Origin: Candidatus Berkelbacteria bacterium
GTDB lineage: Bacteria; Patescibacteriota; UBA1384; XYA2-FULL-43-10; 1-14-0-10-43-13
Length of the DNA: 64,000 nt
NCBI GenBank assembly: GCA_037143235.1
Contig: JBAWZC010000004.1
Span: 1,776 to 65,775 of the forward strand
Direction: 5' to 3'
Part shown: positions 36,385 through 46,343 of the stretch, piece by piece
Layout of the letters: every line of letters begins with the position of its first letter
Numbering within the stretch: position 1 is the first letter of the stretch
Program-made: the position numbers and the translations under genes
Notes under the pieces: generated by a model
What the model saw: only the letters and a program-made list of their open reading frames with translations
Told to the model about the DNA's origin: nothing
Database searches by the model: none

Positions 36385-37910
36385 CACGATCAAAATGGCG
36401 TTACCGTCGGCTTTTTGAAATTTTACCGGGCGCTCTGGCCTGGACTTTGATTCTGCTGCCAATTCTCTTGGCCGCTTTTTCCCCGAAGCTGTTCGCAGTT
36501 TATATGATCTTTTTTATCTCGTATTGGCTGGTCAAGACCTACACCATGTCCTATCGAATGATCTGGGGTTATCGTAATTATGTCAGAGAAACCTCGACTG
36601 ATTGGGCGGATAAATTAGCAAAATTGGTTCCCGCTGATGACTGGCGAAAGATCTATCACTTGGTGATTGTGCCGACTTATAAAGAGGACATCTCTATCCT
36701 GAGATCATCGATCAAATCAGTCATTGCAAGTCAATTTCCACCAGAAAATATTATTTATGTCCTAGCGACCGAAGAGCGTGATTTTGCTCGGGCCAAGGAA
36801 TACGGCGAAATCATAGTGAGCGAAAACAAAGATAAATTATTTCATGTCGCTACTTTTATGCACCCCAAGGATATGCCAGGGGAGATCGTCGGCAAGGGCG
36901 GTAATATCAATTTCGCGGCTCGCTCGATCTTATCTTTCATCGATGAAAAAAAGATTCCATATGAAAATGTTGTTGTCACCACGATGGATGTTGACCATAT
37001 TGTCGACAAGAAATATTTTGCCGATCTGACCTTCAAATATGTGACTGACGAAGACCCGATTCATAAGAGTTTCCAACCTTTGCCGATGTTTTTCAATAAT
37101 ATATGGGATGTGCCGACCCTGAACCGCTTGATCGCTATGGGTTCCTCCTTCTGGCAGTTGATTGTCGCCACTCGGCCATCTCGATTGCGCAATTTCTCAG
37201 CTCATGCCCAGAGCTTGGCTGCGCTAATTCAAACAGACTTTTGGTCGGCAGAAACTATTGTTGAAGATGGTCATCAGTACTGGCGAAGTTATTTTCGCTT
37301 TGATGGTCACTATGAAGTCGTGCCGCTCTATACTCCGATCTATCAGGACGCCGTCTTGGCCGACACGCTAAAGGAAACATTGAGAGAGCAGTATTTGCAA
37401 AAACGCCGCTGGAGTTGGGGCGTCTCGGATATTCCGTATGTGATGGAGAAGACTTTCGGCAACAAAAAGATTCCATTTATCGATCGATGGGCCAATGCGC
37501 TAATCCTCTGGGATGCTCATCTTTCGTGGTCAACTTCCTCCATTATCTTGGCTTTTTCTTCGTGGCTTCCGCTCCTTTTCAACCAGCAATTCAAGACTGA
37601 TATTCTCTCCTTCAGTTTTCTCTATGTCTATGTTCGTATGCTCTGGATTGCTTGGGGCGGTATGATCATTACTTTGTGTATCTCAACCTTATTAGCTCCG
37701 CCCAAGAGAGGCAAGAAACCCGTCAAAAGAATCATTATGGACTGGATTATGACGCCGATACTGTTGCCAATTTCTAGTATTGTTTTTTCCTCGATCCCAG
37801 CTTTGGAATCTCAAACTCGTTTAATGATTGGTAAATATTTAGAAAAGTTTCATGTTACGGCCAAGTCTACACGGCGGTCATGGGCTGCGGAGGAGAAAAA
37901 TGGTAGATAA
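36381..37910 (+). CDS. Processive family-2 glycosyltransferase (cellulose/chitin/poly-hexose-synthase-like) membrane protein
   Basis: N-terminal TM helices, a cytosolic GT-A domain (VIVPTYKED ... TTMDVDH) and the processive-synthase signature QxxRW in LQKRRWSWG, followed by further TM helices. Confidence 0.7.
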   Translation: MTRSKWRYRRLFEILPGALAWTLILLPILLAAFSPKLFAVYMIFFISYWLVKTYTMSYRMIWGYRNYVRETSTDWADKLAKLVPADDWRKIYHLVIVPTYKEDISILRSSIKSVIASQFPPENIIYVLATEERDFARAKEYGEIIVSENKDKLFHVATFMHPKDMPGEIVGKGGNINFAARSILSFIDEKKIPYENVVVTTMDVDHIVDKKYFADLTFKYVTDEDPIHKSFQPLPMFFNNIWDVPTLNRLIAMGSSFWQLIVATRPSRLRNFSAHAQSLAALIQTDFWSAETIVEDGHQYWRSYFRFDGHYEVVPLYTPIYQDAVLADTLKETLREQYLQKRRWSWGVSDIPYVMEKTFGNKKIPFIDRWANALILWDAHLSWSTSSIILAFSSWLPLLFNQQFKTDILSFSFLYVYVRMLWIAWGGMIITLCISTLLAPPKRGKKPVKRIIMDWIMTPILLPISSIVFSSIPALESQTRLMIGKYLEKFHVTAKSTRRSWAAEEKNGR

Positions 37911-39750
37911 CAAAGAAAAACGCAACAAGATATTAACTTGGCTTGCTGCTGGTTTGATTTTATTAACAATGTTTCTGATCGCATTCTTCTCATCGAAGGG
38001 TGCTTTTGGCGATCCGGGGGATTCGGCGATTGTCGATGAAGTTGCCCACATTCCGGCTGGCTATACCTACGACAAAGATCTTGATTTCCGGCTGAACCCC
38101 GAGCATCCACCGCTGGTCAAGGCCTTGGCTGGCTTGCCCTTGGTTTTGAACAAAAGTATCAATGGGCCAGAGTCTGGATGGGCTTGGGGAGCGGCCAATC
38201 AGTGGGAAGCTGGCTGGTATATGCTCTACAATGCCGGCAATGATCCCAAACAAATATTGTTTTGGTCTCGTTTGCCGATGATGCTACTGATGGTAGTCTT
38301 GGGAATATTTCTTTTCAAGTGGGCCGTCGAGCTTTTTGGCCGCAAGGTTGGTCTGGTAGTTTTATTGTTATTTGCCTTTTACCCAGATGTTATCGCTCAT
38401 GGCCGATTGGTCACGACTGATATCGCTGCGGCCTTGGCCTATGTCGTCTCGATGTACTATTTCACCAAGGCGCTGGAGAAAAAAACCTGGCAGGCCATAC
38501 TGATTGCTGCTCTGGCTTTTGGCGTTGGTCAGTGCTTGAAGTTCTCGGCCTTCTTATTGTTTATTGTTTTCGGCTTGTTGGTGTTGGTGCGAGCTGGTAT
38601 TGATGCCAGAGAAAACAAAAATGGTTACTGGTACAACCTTTGGAAGGGTTTCAAGGTCTATTTTTGGACCTCACTGCTTTCTCTGATTGTGGTTTTGGCA
38701 ATTTACTTGCCTTTCGTCTGGAAGACACCGGCTGTCATCGAGCACCAGCTGATCAATGTAAATCTGACTGATGATCCCCGCGTAGAACCATTGAAAAATT
38801 TCCTCTATCATTTTGAGGGCAATCCATTTTTTCGCGCAGTCGGGCACTATATGTTGGGGATAATATTAGTTATTGGGCGTGTCGGTGGCGGGAATAATAC
38901 TTTTATTATGGGGGCGATGTCCTTCAAGTCAATTCCATGGTTTTTTTCGGTCGCATGGCTCCTGAAAACTCCAATACCGATCATCATCCTGACCTTTGCT
39001 AGTACTATTTTGCTCTTTGTAAATTATGCAAGAAGCCGTAAAAATATCTGGACATTGTCTGTCATCTTAGCACCGGTTATTGTTTATTGGACATTCACCC
39101 TGAAAGGTTCGCTCGATATTGGCATCCGTCATCTGATGCCGACGGTGCCATTTGTTCTGCTCTTCATCGGATACACGATCTATCCAGTTCTAAACTCGGT
39201 TTCAAAAAATCTCTATGTACGAGCCAGCAAAGTGATGATCGGCATCTTGCTTGTCTATATGGTCATTTCCACACTCGCAAATTATCCATCATATATTTCA
39301 TATTTTAACGAATTCACTCCTAGGGAGGAGCGATACCAGCGTTTGATTGATTCGTCTTTGGACTGGGGTCAAGACTTGTTGAGACTGAAAAAATATACAG
39401 ATGAGAACAATATCTCTGACATCAAGATTGATTATTTTGGCGGTTCACAGCGCCTATATTATTTCCCAAAGAGTACTGAGTGGCACTCTGAGAATGGGCC
39501 GACAACTGGTTGGATTGCTATTTCGGCGACCTTTTATCAATCATCGAAATTAGTCGGAGAAAAAGAGGGAAAATGGTCATATGGCTGGCTCGACAATATC
39601 AAGCCAACCAAAATTATTGGGGATTCAATCTTGGTCTTTCATATCACGGATGATGATCTGATCAAGCATCCGCCTGTTTCGCCATATCCAATCACCAAGG
39701 TTGTTTCGCCGGCCACGAATGTTGGTCTAGAAAACAGGGTGGGGCTATGA
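37900..39750 (+). CDS. GT-C fold glycosyltransferase of the PMT/ArnT (GT39/GT83-like) family, polytopic
   Basis: DEVAHIPAGYTY ... EHPPLVKALAGLPL matches the DE..H ... HPPL loop-1 motif of protein-O-mannosyl/ArnT-type transferases. More than ten TM helices. Start at ATG 37900 with AGGAGAAAAA upstream; the track ORF begins at 37852. Confidence 0.7.
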   Translation: MVDNKEKRNKILTWLAAGLILLTMFLIAFFSSKGAFGDPGDSAIVDEVAHIPAGYTYDKDLDFRLNPEHPPLVKALAGLPLVLNKSINGPESGWAWGAANQWEAGWYMLYNAGNDPKQILFWSRLPMMLLMVVLGIFLFKWAVELFGRKVGLVVLLLFAFYPDVIAHGRLVTTDIAAALAYVVSMYYFTKALEKKTWQAILIAALAFGVGQCLKFSAFLLFIVFGLLVLVRAGIDARENKNGYWYNLWKGFKVYFWTSLLSLIVVLAIYLPFVWKTPAVIEHQLINVNLTDDPRVEPLKNFLYHFEGNPFFRAVGHYMLGIILVIGRVGGGNNTFIMGAMSFKSIPWFFSVAWLLKTPIPIIILTFASTILLFVNYARSRKNIWTLSVILAPVIVYWTFTLKGSLDIGIRHLMPTVPFVLLFIGYTIYPVLNSVSKNLYVRASKVMIGILLVYMVISTLANYPSYISYFNEFTPREERYQRLIDSSLDWGQDLLRLKKYTDENNISDIKIDYFGGSQRLYYFPKSTEWHSENGPTTGWIAISATFYQSSKLVGEKEGKWSYGWLDNIKPTKIIGDSILVFHITDDDLIKHPPVSPYPITKVVSPATNVGLENRVGL

Positions 39751-40487
39751 CAGAAAAAGAATATAAATATGATTTATCCATCGTTGTCCCTGCTTACAAC
39801 GAAGCAAAAAGGATAAAAGTTCTGATGGAAGCAATCGAAAAATATGTTGCAAAATGTGATTTTCGAATCGAAACTATTTTGGTAGACAACAATTCGACCG
39901 ATGAAACGGTGAAAATATTTGAGAGCTATCATAGCCGGATCCCGAATCTGAAAGTGATCGAGAAAAAAGCTCAGGGCAAGGGTGGTGCGGTTCACGAAGG
40001 TATGATGAAAGCTGAGGGGGATTACATTTTGTTTACTGACGCAGACAATTCCACACCGATTTCAGAGGTTGATAAGCTCCTGCCATACGCAGGAAAGTAT
40101 GATGTTATCATCGGCTCCCGTTATTGTGCTGGCGGTAAATTGGCCATTCCTCAACCACTTGTGAGAGTTATTGGTGGAAGAATTATCAACTTTATCATTC
40201 AAACCTTGGCTGTGCCAGGGATACAAGACACTCAGTGTGGTTTCAAGATGTTTCAAAACAAAGCTGCCAAGGAAATATTCGGGAAGCAGACGATCAATGG
40301 CTGGTCCTTTGATGTCGAGATACTGGCCATCGCTCGCAAGACAGGCTACAAGATCAAGGAAGTCGGTATTACATGGTATGACAATCCGAGTTCCGCGCTC
40401 AGCCCGATCAAGGATGGCCTGAAGATGATCGCTGATGCATGGCAAGTCCGCAAAAATATTATCTCTGGTAAATATAGAAGAAAGTAG
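39747..40487 (+). CDS. Polyprenyl-phosphate sugar synthase (Dpm1/GtrB-like GT2)
   Basis: LSIVVPAYNEAKRI, ILVDNNSTDET, GKGGAVHEGM and ILFTDADNSTP. Confidence 0.85.
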   Translation: MTEKEYKYDLSIVVPAYNEAKRIKVLMEAIEKYVAKCDFRIETILVDNNSTDETVKIFESYHSRIPNLKVIEKKAQGKGGAVHEGMMKAEGDYILFTDADNSTPISEVDKLLPYAGKYDVIIGSRYCAGGKLAIPQPLVRVIGGRIINFIIQTLAVPGIQDTQCGFKMFQNKAAKEIFGKQTINGWSFDVEILAIARKTGYKIKEVGITWYDNPSSALSPIKDGLKMIADAWQVRKNIISGKYRRK

Positions 40488-40489
40488 TA

Positions 40490-41179
40490 TTGATGAAACT
40501 TGTATTTAAATACGATCTCGAGAAAGAGTTTTATAATCTTCGCTGTATCAGGGGCACACTTAATCATGTTTGGAAACCTGTGCGAGGAATAGAACTAGAA
40601 TTGACCGAAGCATGCCCCGATCTGGATGACAAAAAAGCGGTATTAGCCTTCTTTGATCAAAAGAGAAAAAAAGCTGATTTTGATATAGATGAAAAGATTA
40701 AATCTTTGACCTCTGACTGGGAAGAAATTTCGCAAGAGTCGGAGAAAAGATTTAAAAGATTATTTGATACTGACATCGATCTTGGCGATGTCACAGCATA
40801 CGCTACTTTTGCATCGATGTTTGGGTACAATGAGGAAGAAAGTCTTTTCTTTGTCTCGCTGACAAGTAACAATTCAAACAATATTATCATCCACGAATTG
40901 ATGCATTTCTATACCCATATTCTGTACGAAGAAAAGTTTAAAAAAGCTGGGCTCTCCTGTCAACGATTCAATGATTTCAAAGAAGCTTTAACTTTTTTGG
41001 TGAATACAGATTTTCATGATTTGGTGCCAAACGTAGATAATGGCTACGAAAAACAAAGAGAGTTGAGAAAGATTATGGCTGACAAGTGGTCTGATTGTCG
41101 CAATGTCGGTGACCTTGCTGACACCATGATTAAATCATTTGCGGAAAGTAACAAATTGGCCATTGAAAAAACTGTCTAG
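40490..41179 (+). CDS. Hypothetical protein with an HEXXH zinc-metallopeptidase-like motif
   Basis: IIIHELMHFYTHILYEE. Confidence 0.45.
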   Translation: MMKLVFKYDLEKEFYNLRCIRGTLNHVWKPVRGIELELTEACPDLDDKKAVLAFFDQKRKKADFDIDEKIKSLTSDWEEISQESEKRFKRLFDTDIDLGDVTAYATFASMFGYNEEESLFFVSLTSNNSNNIIIHELMHFYTHILYEEKFKKAGLSCQRFNDFKEALTFLVNTDFHDLVPNVDNGYEKQRELRKIMADKWSDCRNVGDLADTMIKSFAESNKLAIEKTV

Positions 41180-41203
41180 ATAGAGTAGTATCTATAGAGT
41201 AGT

Positions 41204-41279
41204 CGGGGATTGGCTCAGCTGGTAGAGCGCTCGGTTTGGGACCGAGAGGTCGTGAGTTCGAATCTCGCATCCCCGACCA
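41204..41279 (+). tRNA. tRNA-Pro (anticodon TGG)
   Basis: Hand-folded: acceptor CGGGGAT/ATCCCCG, anticodon loop TTTGGGA, T-loop TTCGAAT, CCA encoded. Confidence 0.85.
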
Positions 41280-41351
41280 CGCTAAGCGTGGTAAAACGGA
41301 CGCTCAGCGTCCGACCATTTCGCATTTTCACCATATATAAGCCGAGGGGCT

Positions 41352-42452
41352 ATGAAAAAGAATATTTTCTTACTCATCTTTTGGTTCCTTCTGATAAATC
41401 TTTTTGCCCTACTTGTTCTTAATCGGTTCAATCTTAAACCTGATGATGCCTATCCTTGGATCAATCAGAGTACTACTGTTCAGCAACAATCTTGGGATCC
41501 AATCTCTCTTCACGCAAGATGGGACTCAGTTTATTATCTAGATATTGCGCAGCATGGCTACTCTGTTTCGCAAACGAGTTCTCTGTCAAATGTTGTATTT
41601 TTTCCTTTGTACCCAATTTTAATAAAGTTGATCGCTGTTTTCACTAGTTCTGATTTTATCCTTGCAGGCTGGATCGTGAGTATTTTGTCTTTGATCGGGG
41701 CTGTGTTTTATTTGTACAAATTGATAAAGGAATTTCACCCCGAGGTCCACCCAGAGAGTGCAATATTCTTTCTCTTGATATTTCCTACAGCGTTTTTCTA
41801 TAATGCTGTTTACACTGAAGCTCTCTTTTTGCTAGTTTCGATAGTGACCTTTTATTATGCCAAGAAGGGTAATTTTGCTCTCGCTGGTGTGATTGGGTTA
41901 CTTGCGTCTCTGACGAGAATTACCGGAGTCCTACTGTTCATTCCGATTTTATGGGAATTTATCGCCAAGAATGGTGCAAAGAAGTTATTTAGCTGGTCTG
42001 TTATACCCATCCTCTTGATACCACTTGGGACGATTGCCTTTTTCGCCTATCATTATCTTGCTTTCGGTGATTTTCTGTTGTTCCTGAAAGTTGAAGGTGC
42101 TTGGGGAAGATCTTTTGGTGTAAATCTTACGCATTTATCAATGCTTTCCAACCCTGCAACCGTCAATCTAGTACTCGATCTGATGTTTACGGTCTTTGCA
42201 GTTATTTGTACGATTTTTGTATTTTCGCGACGATGGATATCATACGGTTTGTATATGGTCGCAACACTTGCCGTGGCGTTGAGCACGGGGACGATGATGT
42301 CAATCGGCCGATATGTTTTAGTGCTCTTTCCGATATTTATCCTTATCGCTTCAGTTAAAAACAAAAATTTTGAAAAGGGCTATATTCTCAGCTCGGTCTT
42401 ATTATTGGCAATGAATATAATTCTTTTCGTCAACTGGTACTGGGCCGGATAA
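41352..42452 (+). CDS. PIG-V-like (GPI mannosyltransferase-2 family, Mannosyl_trans2) polytopic membrane glycosyltransferase
   Basis: WDSVYYLDIAQHGY ... VFFPLYPILIKL matches the WD..yy..IA..GY ... FFPLyP signature of the family. Confidence 0.55.
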   Translation: MKKNIFLLIFWFLLINLFALLVLNRFNLKPDDAYPWINQSTTVQQQSWDPISLHARWDSVYYLDIAQHGYSVSQTSSLSNVVFFPLYPILIKLIAVFTSSDFILAGWIVSILSLIGAVFYLYKLIKEFHPEVHPESAIFFLLIFPTAFFYNAVYTEALFLLVSIVTFYYAKKGNFALAGVIGLLASLTRITGVLLFIPILWEFIAKNGAKKLFSWSVIPILLIPLGTIAFFAYHYLAFGDFLLFLKVEGAWGRSFGVNLTHLSMLSNPATVNLVLDLMFTVFAVICTIFVFSRRWISYGLYMVATLAVALSTGTMMSIGRYVLVLFPIFILIASVKNKNFEKGYILSSVLLLAMNIILFVNWYWAG

Positions 42453-42517
42453 ATTAACAACCGTTATCTATACAAAAATTGTCGTGAATTTCTTCGCGAC
42501 AATTTTTTTAAAACTAT

Positions 42518-44338
42518 TTATTTCTGACTTCGTTTTCGCAAGCCTGGGTCAAGAATTTTCTTGCGTAAACGAAGTGATTTTGGTGTTACTTCGAGCAGCT
42601 CATCTTCTTCGAGGAAGTCGATACATTGTTCGAGCGAGAGCAATGTTGGTGGTGTTAGGACAGTAATTGCATCTGCACTAGAGGCACGCATATTGGTTAG
42701 CTGTTTCTCCTTGCAGACATTGATCTCGATGTCATCTTCTCGTTGGTTCAAGCCGACGATCATACCAACATAAACATCAGTTTGTGGGGCGACAAAAGTC
42801 GTGCCACGCTGTTGGGCAATATTGAGACCATAGGAAACGGCTTTGCCGTTCGAGAATGCAATCAGCACGCCATTTCTGAGTTTCGGGATGGTGCCGCCAG
42901 CCTTTTCGTATCGCAAAAACATAGTATTCATCACAGCCGTACCTTTTGAAGCGGTCATCAAGACATTGCGGAAACCCAGAGTGCCACGAGTCGTGATCTC
43001 GAAAACCAGTCGAGTCGTCCCGTCGCTATTTTCTTCTTGGTGCATCAGGATGCCGCGTCGTTTGTTCAACTCGCCAATAATCGTGCTGGCGTATTCGGTG
43101 CCAACATCGATGGTAACTTCTTCGATTGGCTCGCAGGTGACTCCATCAACTTCTTTGGTAATAACCTTTGGTTTACCAACCTGAAGTTCATAACCCTCTC
43201 GTCGTAGTGTTTCGATAAAGACTGAAAGATGAAGCTCCCCTCGTCCCGAGAGGATAAATTCACCATTTTCGTCGGTGGTGATTTTCATCGAGACATTTGT
43301 TTCAATTTCCTTCATGATACGGTCATGCAGATGTCTAGCAGTCACATATTTGCCTTCACGACCAGCAAAAGGGGAAGTATTGGCATAGATAGAGATGCTG
43401 AGGGTAGGTTCTTCGATTGCGATTGCTGGTAGAGCGACAGCATCTTTGGGATCACAGATCGTGTAGCCGATCGAAGCGCTTCTCAAGCCTGCAATCGAGA
43501 CAATGTCTCCTGAGTGAGCTTCTTTGACCTCAATCTTTTTCAAGCCTTCGTTGATATAGATTTTTTCGATCTTGCCAGTGTCGACTGTACCGTCCTGATT
43601 GGCCAAAACGATTGGCATACCAGTTGTGGCGATACCGCTTTTGATCTTGCCAATAGAATATTTGCCCATAAAGTTGTCCCAGCCGAGAGCGGAGATCAGC
43701 ATTTTGAAGGGTTTGTCATTTTCTTGGATAGGCGCTGGTACATGTTTGACGATTGCGTCGAGGATAGGAGAAAGATCAGCTGGCGCAGTTTCATCATCAG
43801 GAAAAGCATCCCAAGCTTTGCCGTCACGGCCAATGGCGTAGTAGATAGGGAATTCAAGTTGACTGTCGTTTTGAGCTAATTCCAAGAAAAGATCGTATGT
43901 TTTGTCGATAGTTTTTGGGATGTCGGCGTTGACCTTGTCAATCTTGTTGATGACTACAATCAATTTCAGTCCCAGTCCGAAAGCTTTTTTCAGAACAAAT
44001 TTTGTCTGAGGCATTGGACCTTCTTGAGCGTCAATCAAAAGGATTGCTCCGTCAGCCATTGAAAGTGTGCGCTCGACTTCACCACCAAAATCAGCATGAC
44101 CAGGTGTATCGATAATATTGATCTTGATGCCTTTGTAATTGATCGCTGTGTTTTTGGCCAAGATAGTGATACCGCGCTCTTTTTCTTGATCGTTTGAGTC
44201 CATGATCAAGTCTTGGCTCATTGCTGCTTCGTTTTCACGAAAAGTTTTGGACTGTTTCAAGAGTCCATCAACTAATGTTGTTTTGCCGTGGTCAACGTGA
44301 GCGATGATCGCAACATTTCGAATTTCTGAGTGTTCCAT
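42518..44338 (-). CDS. typA: Translational GTPase TypA/BipA
   Basis: IRNVAIIAHVDHGKTTLVD, DTPGHADF and NKIDK, plus the BipA C-terminal domain. Confidence 0.95.
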   Translation of the reverse strand: MEHSEIRNVAIIAHVDHGKTTLVDGLLKQSKTFRENEAAMSQDLIMDSNDQEKERGITILAKNTAINYKGIKINIIDTPGHADFGGEVERTLSMADGAILLIDAQEGPMPQTKFVLKKAFGLGLKLIVVINKIDKVNADIPKTIDKTYDLFLELAQNDSQLEFPIYYAIGRDGKAWDAFPDDETAPADLSPILDAIVKHVPAPIQENDKPFKMLISALGWDNFMGKYSIGKIKSGIATTGMPIVLANQDGTVDTGKIEKIYINEGLKKIEVKEAHSGDIVSIAGLRSASIGYTICDPKDAVALPAIAIEEPTLSISIYANTSPFAGREGKYVTARHLHDRIMKEIETNVSMKITTDENGEFILSGRGELHLSVFIETLRREGYELQVGKPKVITKEVDGVTCEPIEEVTIDVGTEYASTIIGELNKRRGILMHQEENSDGTTRLVFEITTRGTLGFRNVLMTASKGTAVMNTMFLRYEKAGGTIPKLRNGVLIAFSNGKAVSYGLNIAQQRGTTFVAPQTDVYVGMIVGLNQREDDIEINVCKEKQLTNMRASSADAITVLTPPTLLSLEQCIDFLEEDELLEVTPKSLRLRKKILDPGLRKRSQK

Positions 44339-44512
44339 ATAAAACTCCGATGAATAATAAAGTCATCCCCCAGTGAGACCAAAAGATGAAATTGCCCTAT
44401 TATACTATCACAAACTAGCATCATCGTCAAATCTAAAATATAATTTTTCTGAGTTTTTTGATAAAATATTTATGGAGAATATCTCCAAATTTCGTGCGCA
44501 GGAGGTGATAAA

Positions 44513-46255
44513 ATGCGCAAAGTAATGTTCTCTTTCTTTGGTTTTGCAGCAATTATGCTGCTCGTCAGTTGTAGCGGCGGTGGCGGAGGCGGGAGCCAAG
44601 ATCCCACAGATCCGCCCATCGTCCCGCCGACCCCACCGGTCAACTCGGCCGTGACCACTATCAGTCCGGGAGGGACTGGATCAGTATCCAAGGATGGTTT
44701 GACAGTTCAGGTCGGGAGCGAATGCTTCCCGTCAGGTGCAAAGGTGACTTTGGGAGTAGAAAATCCGAAGCAATTGCCTCCAGTCGATGAATTCATTGCT
44801 CTCGAAGGTAAGGCCCAGGTCACGATTCAGGCCACAGCCACGCCGCAGGGTGAGATGGTGCTCGTTCTGGCGGCCAATCGTGGTGTTGGTGAGACAATTG
44901 TGGCTGGTCTCGTTGGCGGCCTCTGGAAGTGTTTATCACTTCCGTCCAGAGTTACTGATCTGCCAGGGACCGTCAGACTCAATCGTGAGTCTTTTGGTCT
45001 CGCGAAGACAATTGTAGGGGTCGTTGGCAGAATTGCCACCGGCTCAGTCAGTCCTGATACTGCACTCTTGCAGTACGGGGCAGACAAGCCCGACAGCTTG
45101 CCAAGAGTAGCCGTGCTGGTACACGGGTTTAATTCTGACGCCGGCGCTATGACTTTGCTGGCTGATAAATTGATCTCAGCCAGTCTCTATGGCCGGATCT
45201 ATGTTTACTCCTACGATTGGCGGCGTCGGATCGAGGACACCGGTGCTGATTTCGCCAATAGACTGACAACATTGTCTGGGCAGGGCGTCAAGATCGATGT
45301 CCTCGCCCACTCCATGGGCGTCCTCGTGTCGAGATACGCCTTCGAGAAGTGTGACGCAACCTTTGGTATCGATCAGTTCATTGGCATTTGTGGGCCAAAC
45401 AACGGTTCGTACCTTGCTAGAGCAGATCTCGTGGTCAACGAGCTGCGAAACGACTTCTTGAACTTGCCCGACTCGGCAAGACGGCAGGGGACATTTGCAA
45501 CCTTGGGTATCGCCTCCATCGAGGAGATGATGCCAGGGTCAGCGTTACTCGCTAACTTGAACGCTGTCGACACCACGAAGCCACGCGGCAGCATAAACTA
45601 CTCATTGATCGGGAGCCGATCCGATCTGGTTGTCGGTTATGCTAGTGGCATTGGATCAGGGATAGAGATGACGGCCAAGACAGGCGGCAGCTTCACTTCT
45701 GCCGAGTCCAACCGCGGTCATAATTCTCTGCTATCCGACTCGTCGACTGCACAATGGGTGACCGATTTCGTTGAGGGGTCGACGATGCCACCGGAGGTGA
45801 CATTGACCGGCTTCGACGGCTATTCCAATACTGATCTGGAAGGGGATGATTGGGGCTGGGTCTTCGACTTGGAATTGATAAACAATTCCCAGGCGGAGAT
45901 TAGCCTCACCGACATTTCAGTCGATGAATACGATCGATATGGCGTGTGGCAGCGAAATCTCTGGGTGAATGATGGCAGCTTACGACAAAGGGCGTACTTC
46001 GCCTTTAATCGTCGCATAGCCGCTGGCCAGTGCTGGAGGAATTACGGCTTGATAGTCATCCACGCTCAGGACGACAACATGTGGATTGAGCAGTCTGAAC
46101 CGAAAAATCAGGCCAAAACCTTGGTTGTGCGGGTCCGATGCTACGATCCAGTGGTCAAGCGGTCGTGGTGTATTGCTCGGCAGTATCGCCTGAACTGGGA
46201 GGGAATAACGCCGACCACCCCTGTGGTTCGGTCATCGAGATCAAGATCTGACTAA
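44513..46255 (+). CDS. Lipoprotein with an alpha/beta-hydrolase (lipase/esterase-like) domain. Markedly GC-rich relative to its neighbours.
   Basis: Lipobox LLVSC, a Gly/Pro-rich linker, VAVLVHGFNSD and the nucleophile-elbow-like LAHSMGV. Confidence 0.6.
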   Translation: MRKVMFSFFGFAAIMLLVSCSGGGGGGSQDPTDPPIVPPTPPVNSAVTTISPGGTGSVSKDGLTVQVGSECFPSGAKVTLGVENPKQLPPVDEFIALEGKAQVTIQATATPQGEMVLVLAANRGVGETIVAGLVGGLWKCLSLPSRVTDLPGTVRLNRESFGLAKTIVGVVGRIATGSVSPDTALLQYGADKPDSLPRVAVLVHGFNSDAGAMTLLADKLISASLYGRIYVYSYDWRRRIEDTGADFANRLTTLSGQGVKIDVLAHSMGVLVSRYAFEKCDATFGIDQFIGICGPNNGSYLARADLVVNELRNDFLNLPDSARRQGTFATLGIASIEEMMPGSALLANLNAVDTTKPRGSINYSLIGSRSDLVVGYASGIGSGIEMTAKTGGSFTSAESNRGHNSLLSDSSTAQWVTDFVEGSTMPPEVTLTGFDGYSNTDLEGDDWGWVFDLELINNSQAEISLTDISVDEYDRYGVWQRNLWVNDGSLRQRAYFAFNRRIAAGQCWRNYGLIVIHAQDDNMWIEQSEPKNQAKTLVVRVRCYDPVVKRSWCIARQYRLNWEGITPTTPVVRSSRSRSD

Positions 46256-46343
46256 TCTCGATCTCGCAACATAATGCTCGCCCCTATGGATGGGAGCGAG
46301 CATTTAAAATTTATTCAAAAAAAGAGAACAGACCACTTGCTTG

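Noticed and set aside
41210-41422. 70-aa plus-strand ORF beginning MAQLVERSVWDREVVSSNLASPTT
   Set aside because: It is the translation of tRNA-Pro(TGG) and its downstream hairpins; SSNLAS is the classic tRNA T-arm translation artefact.
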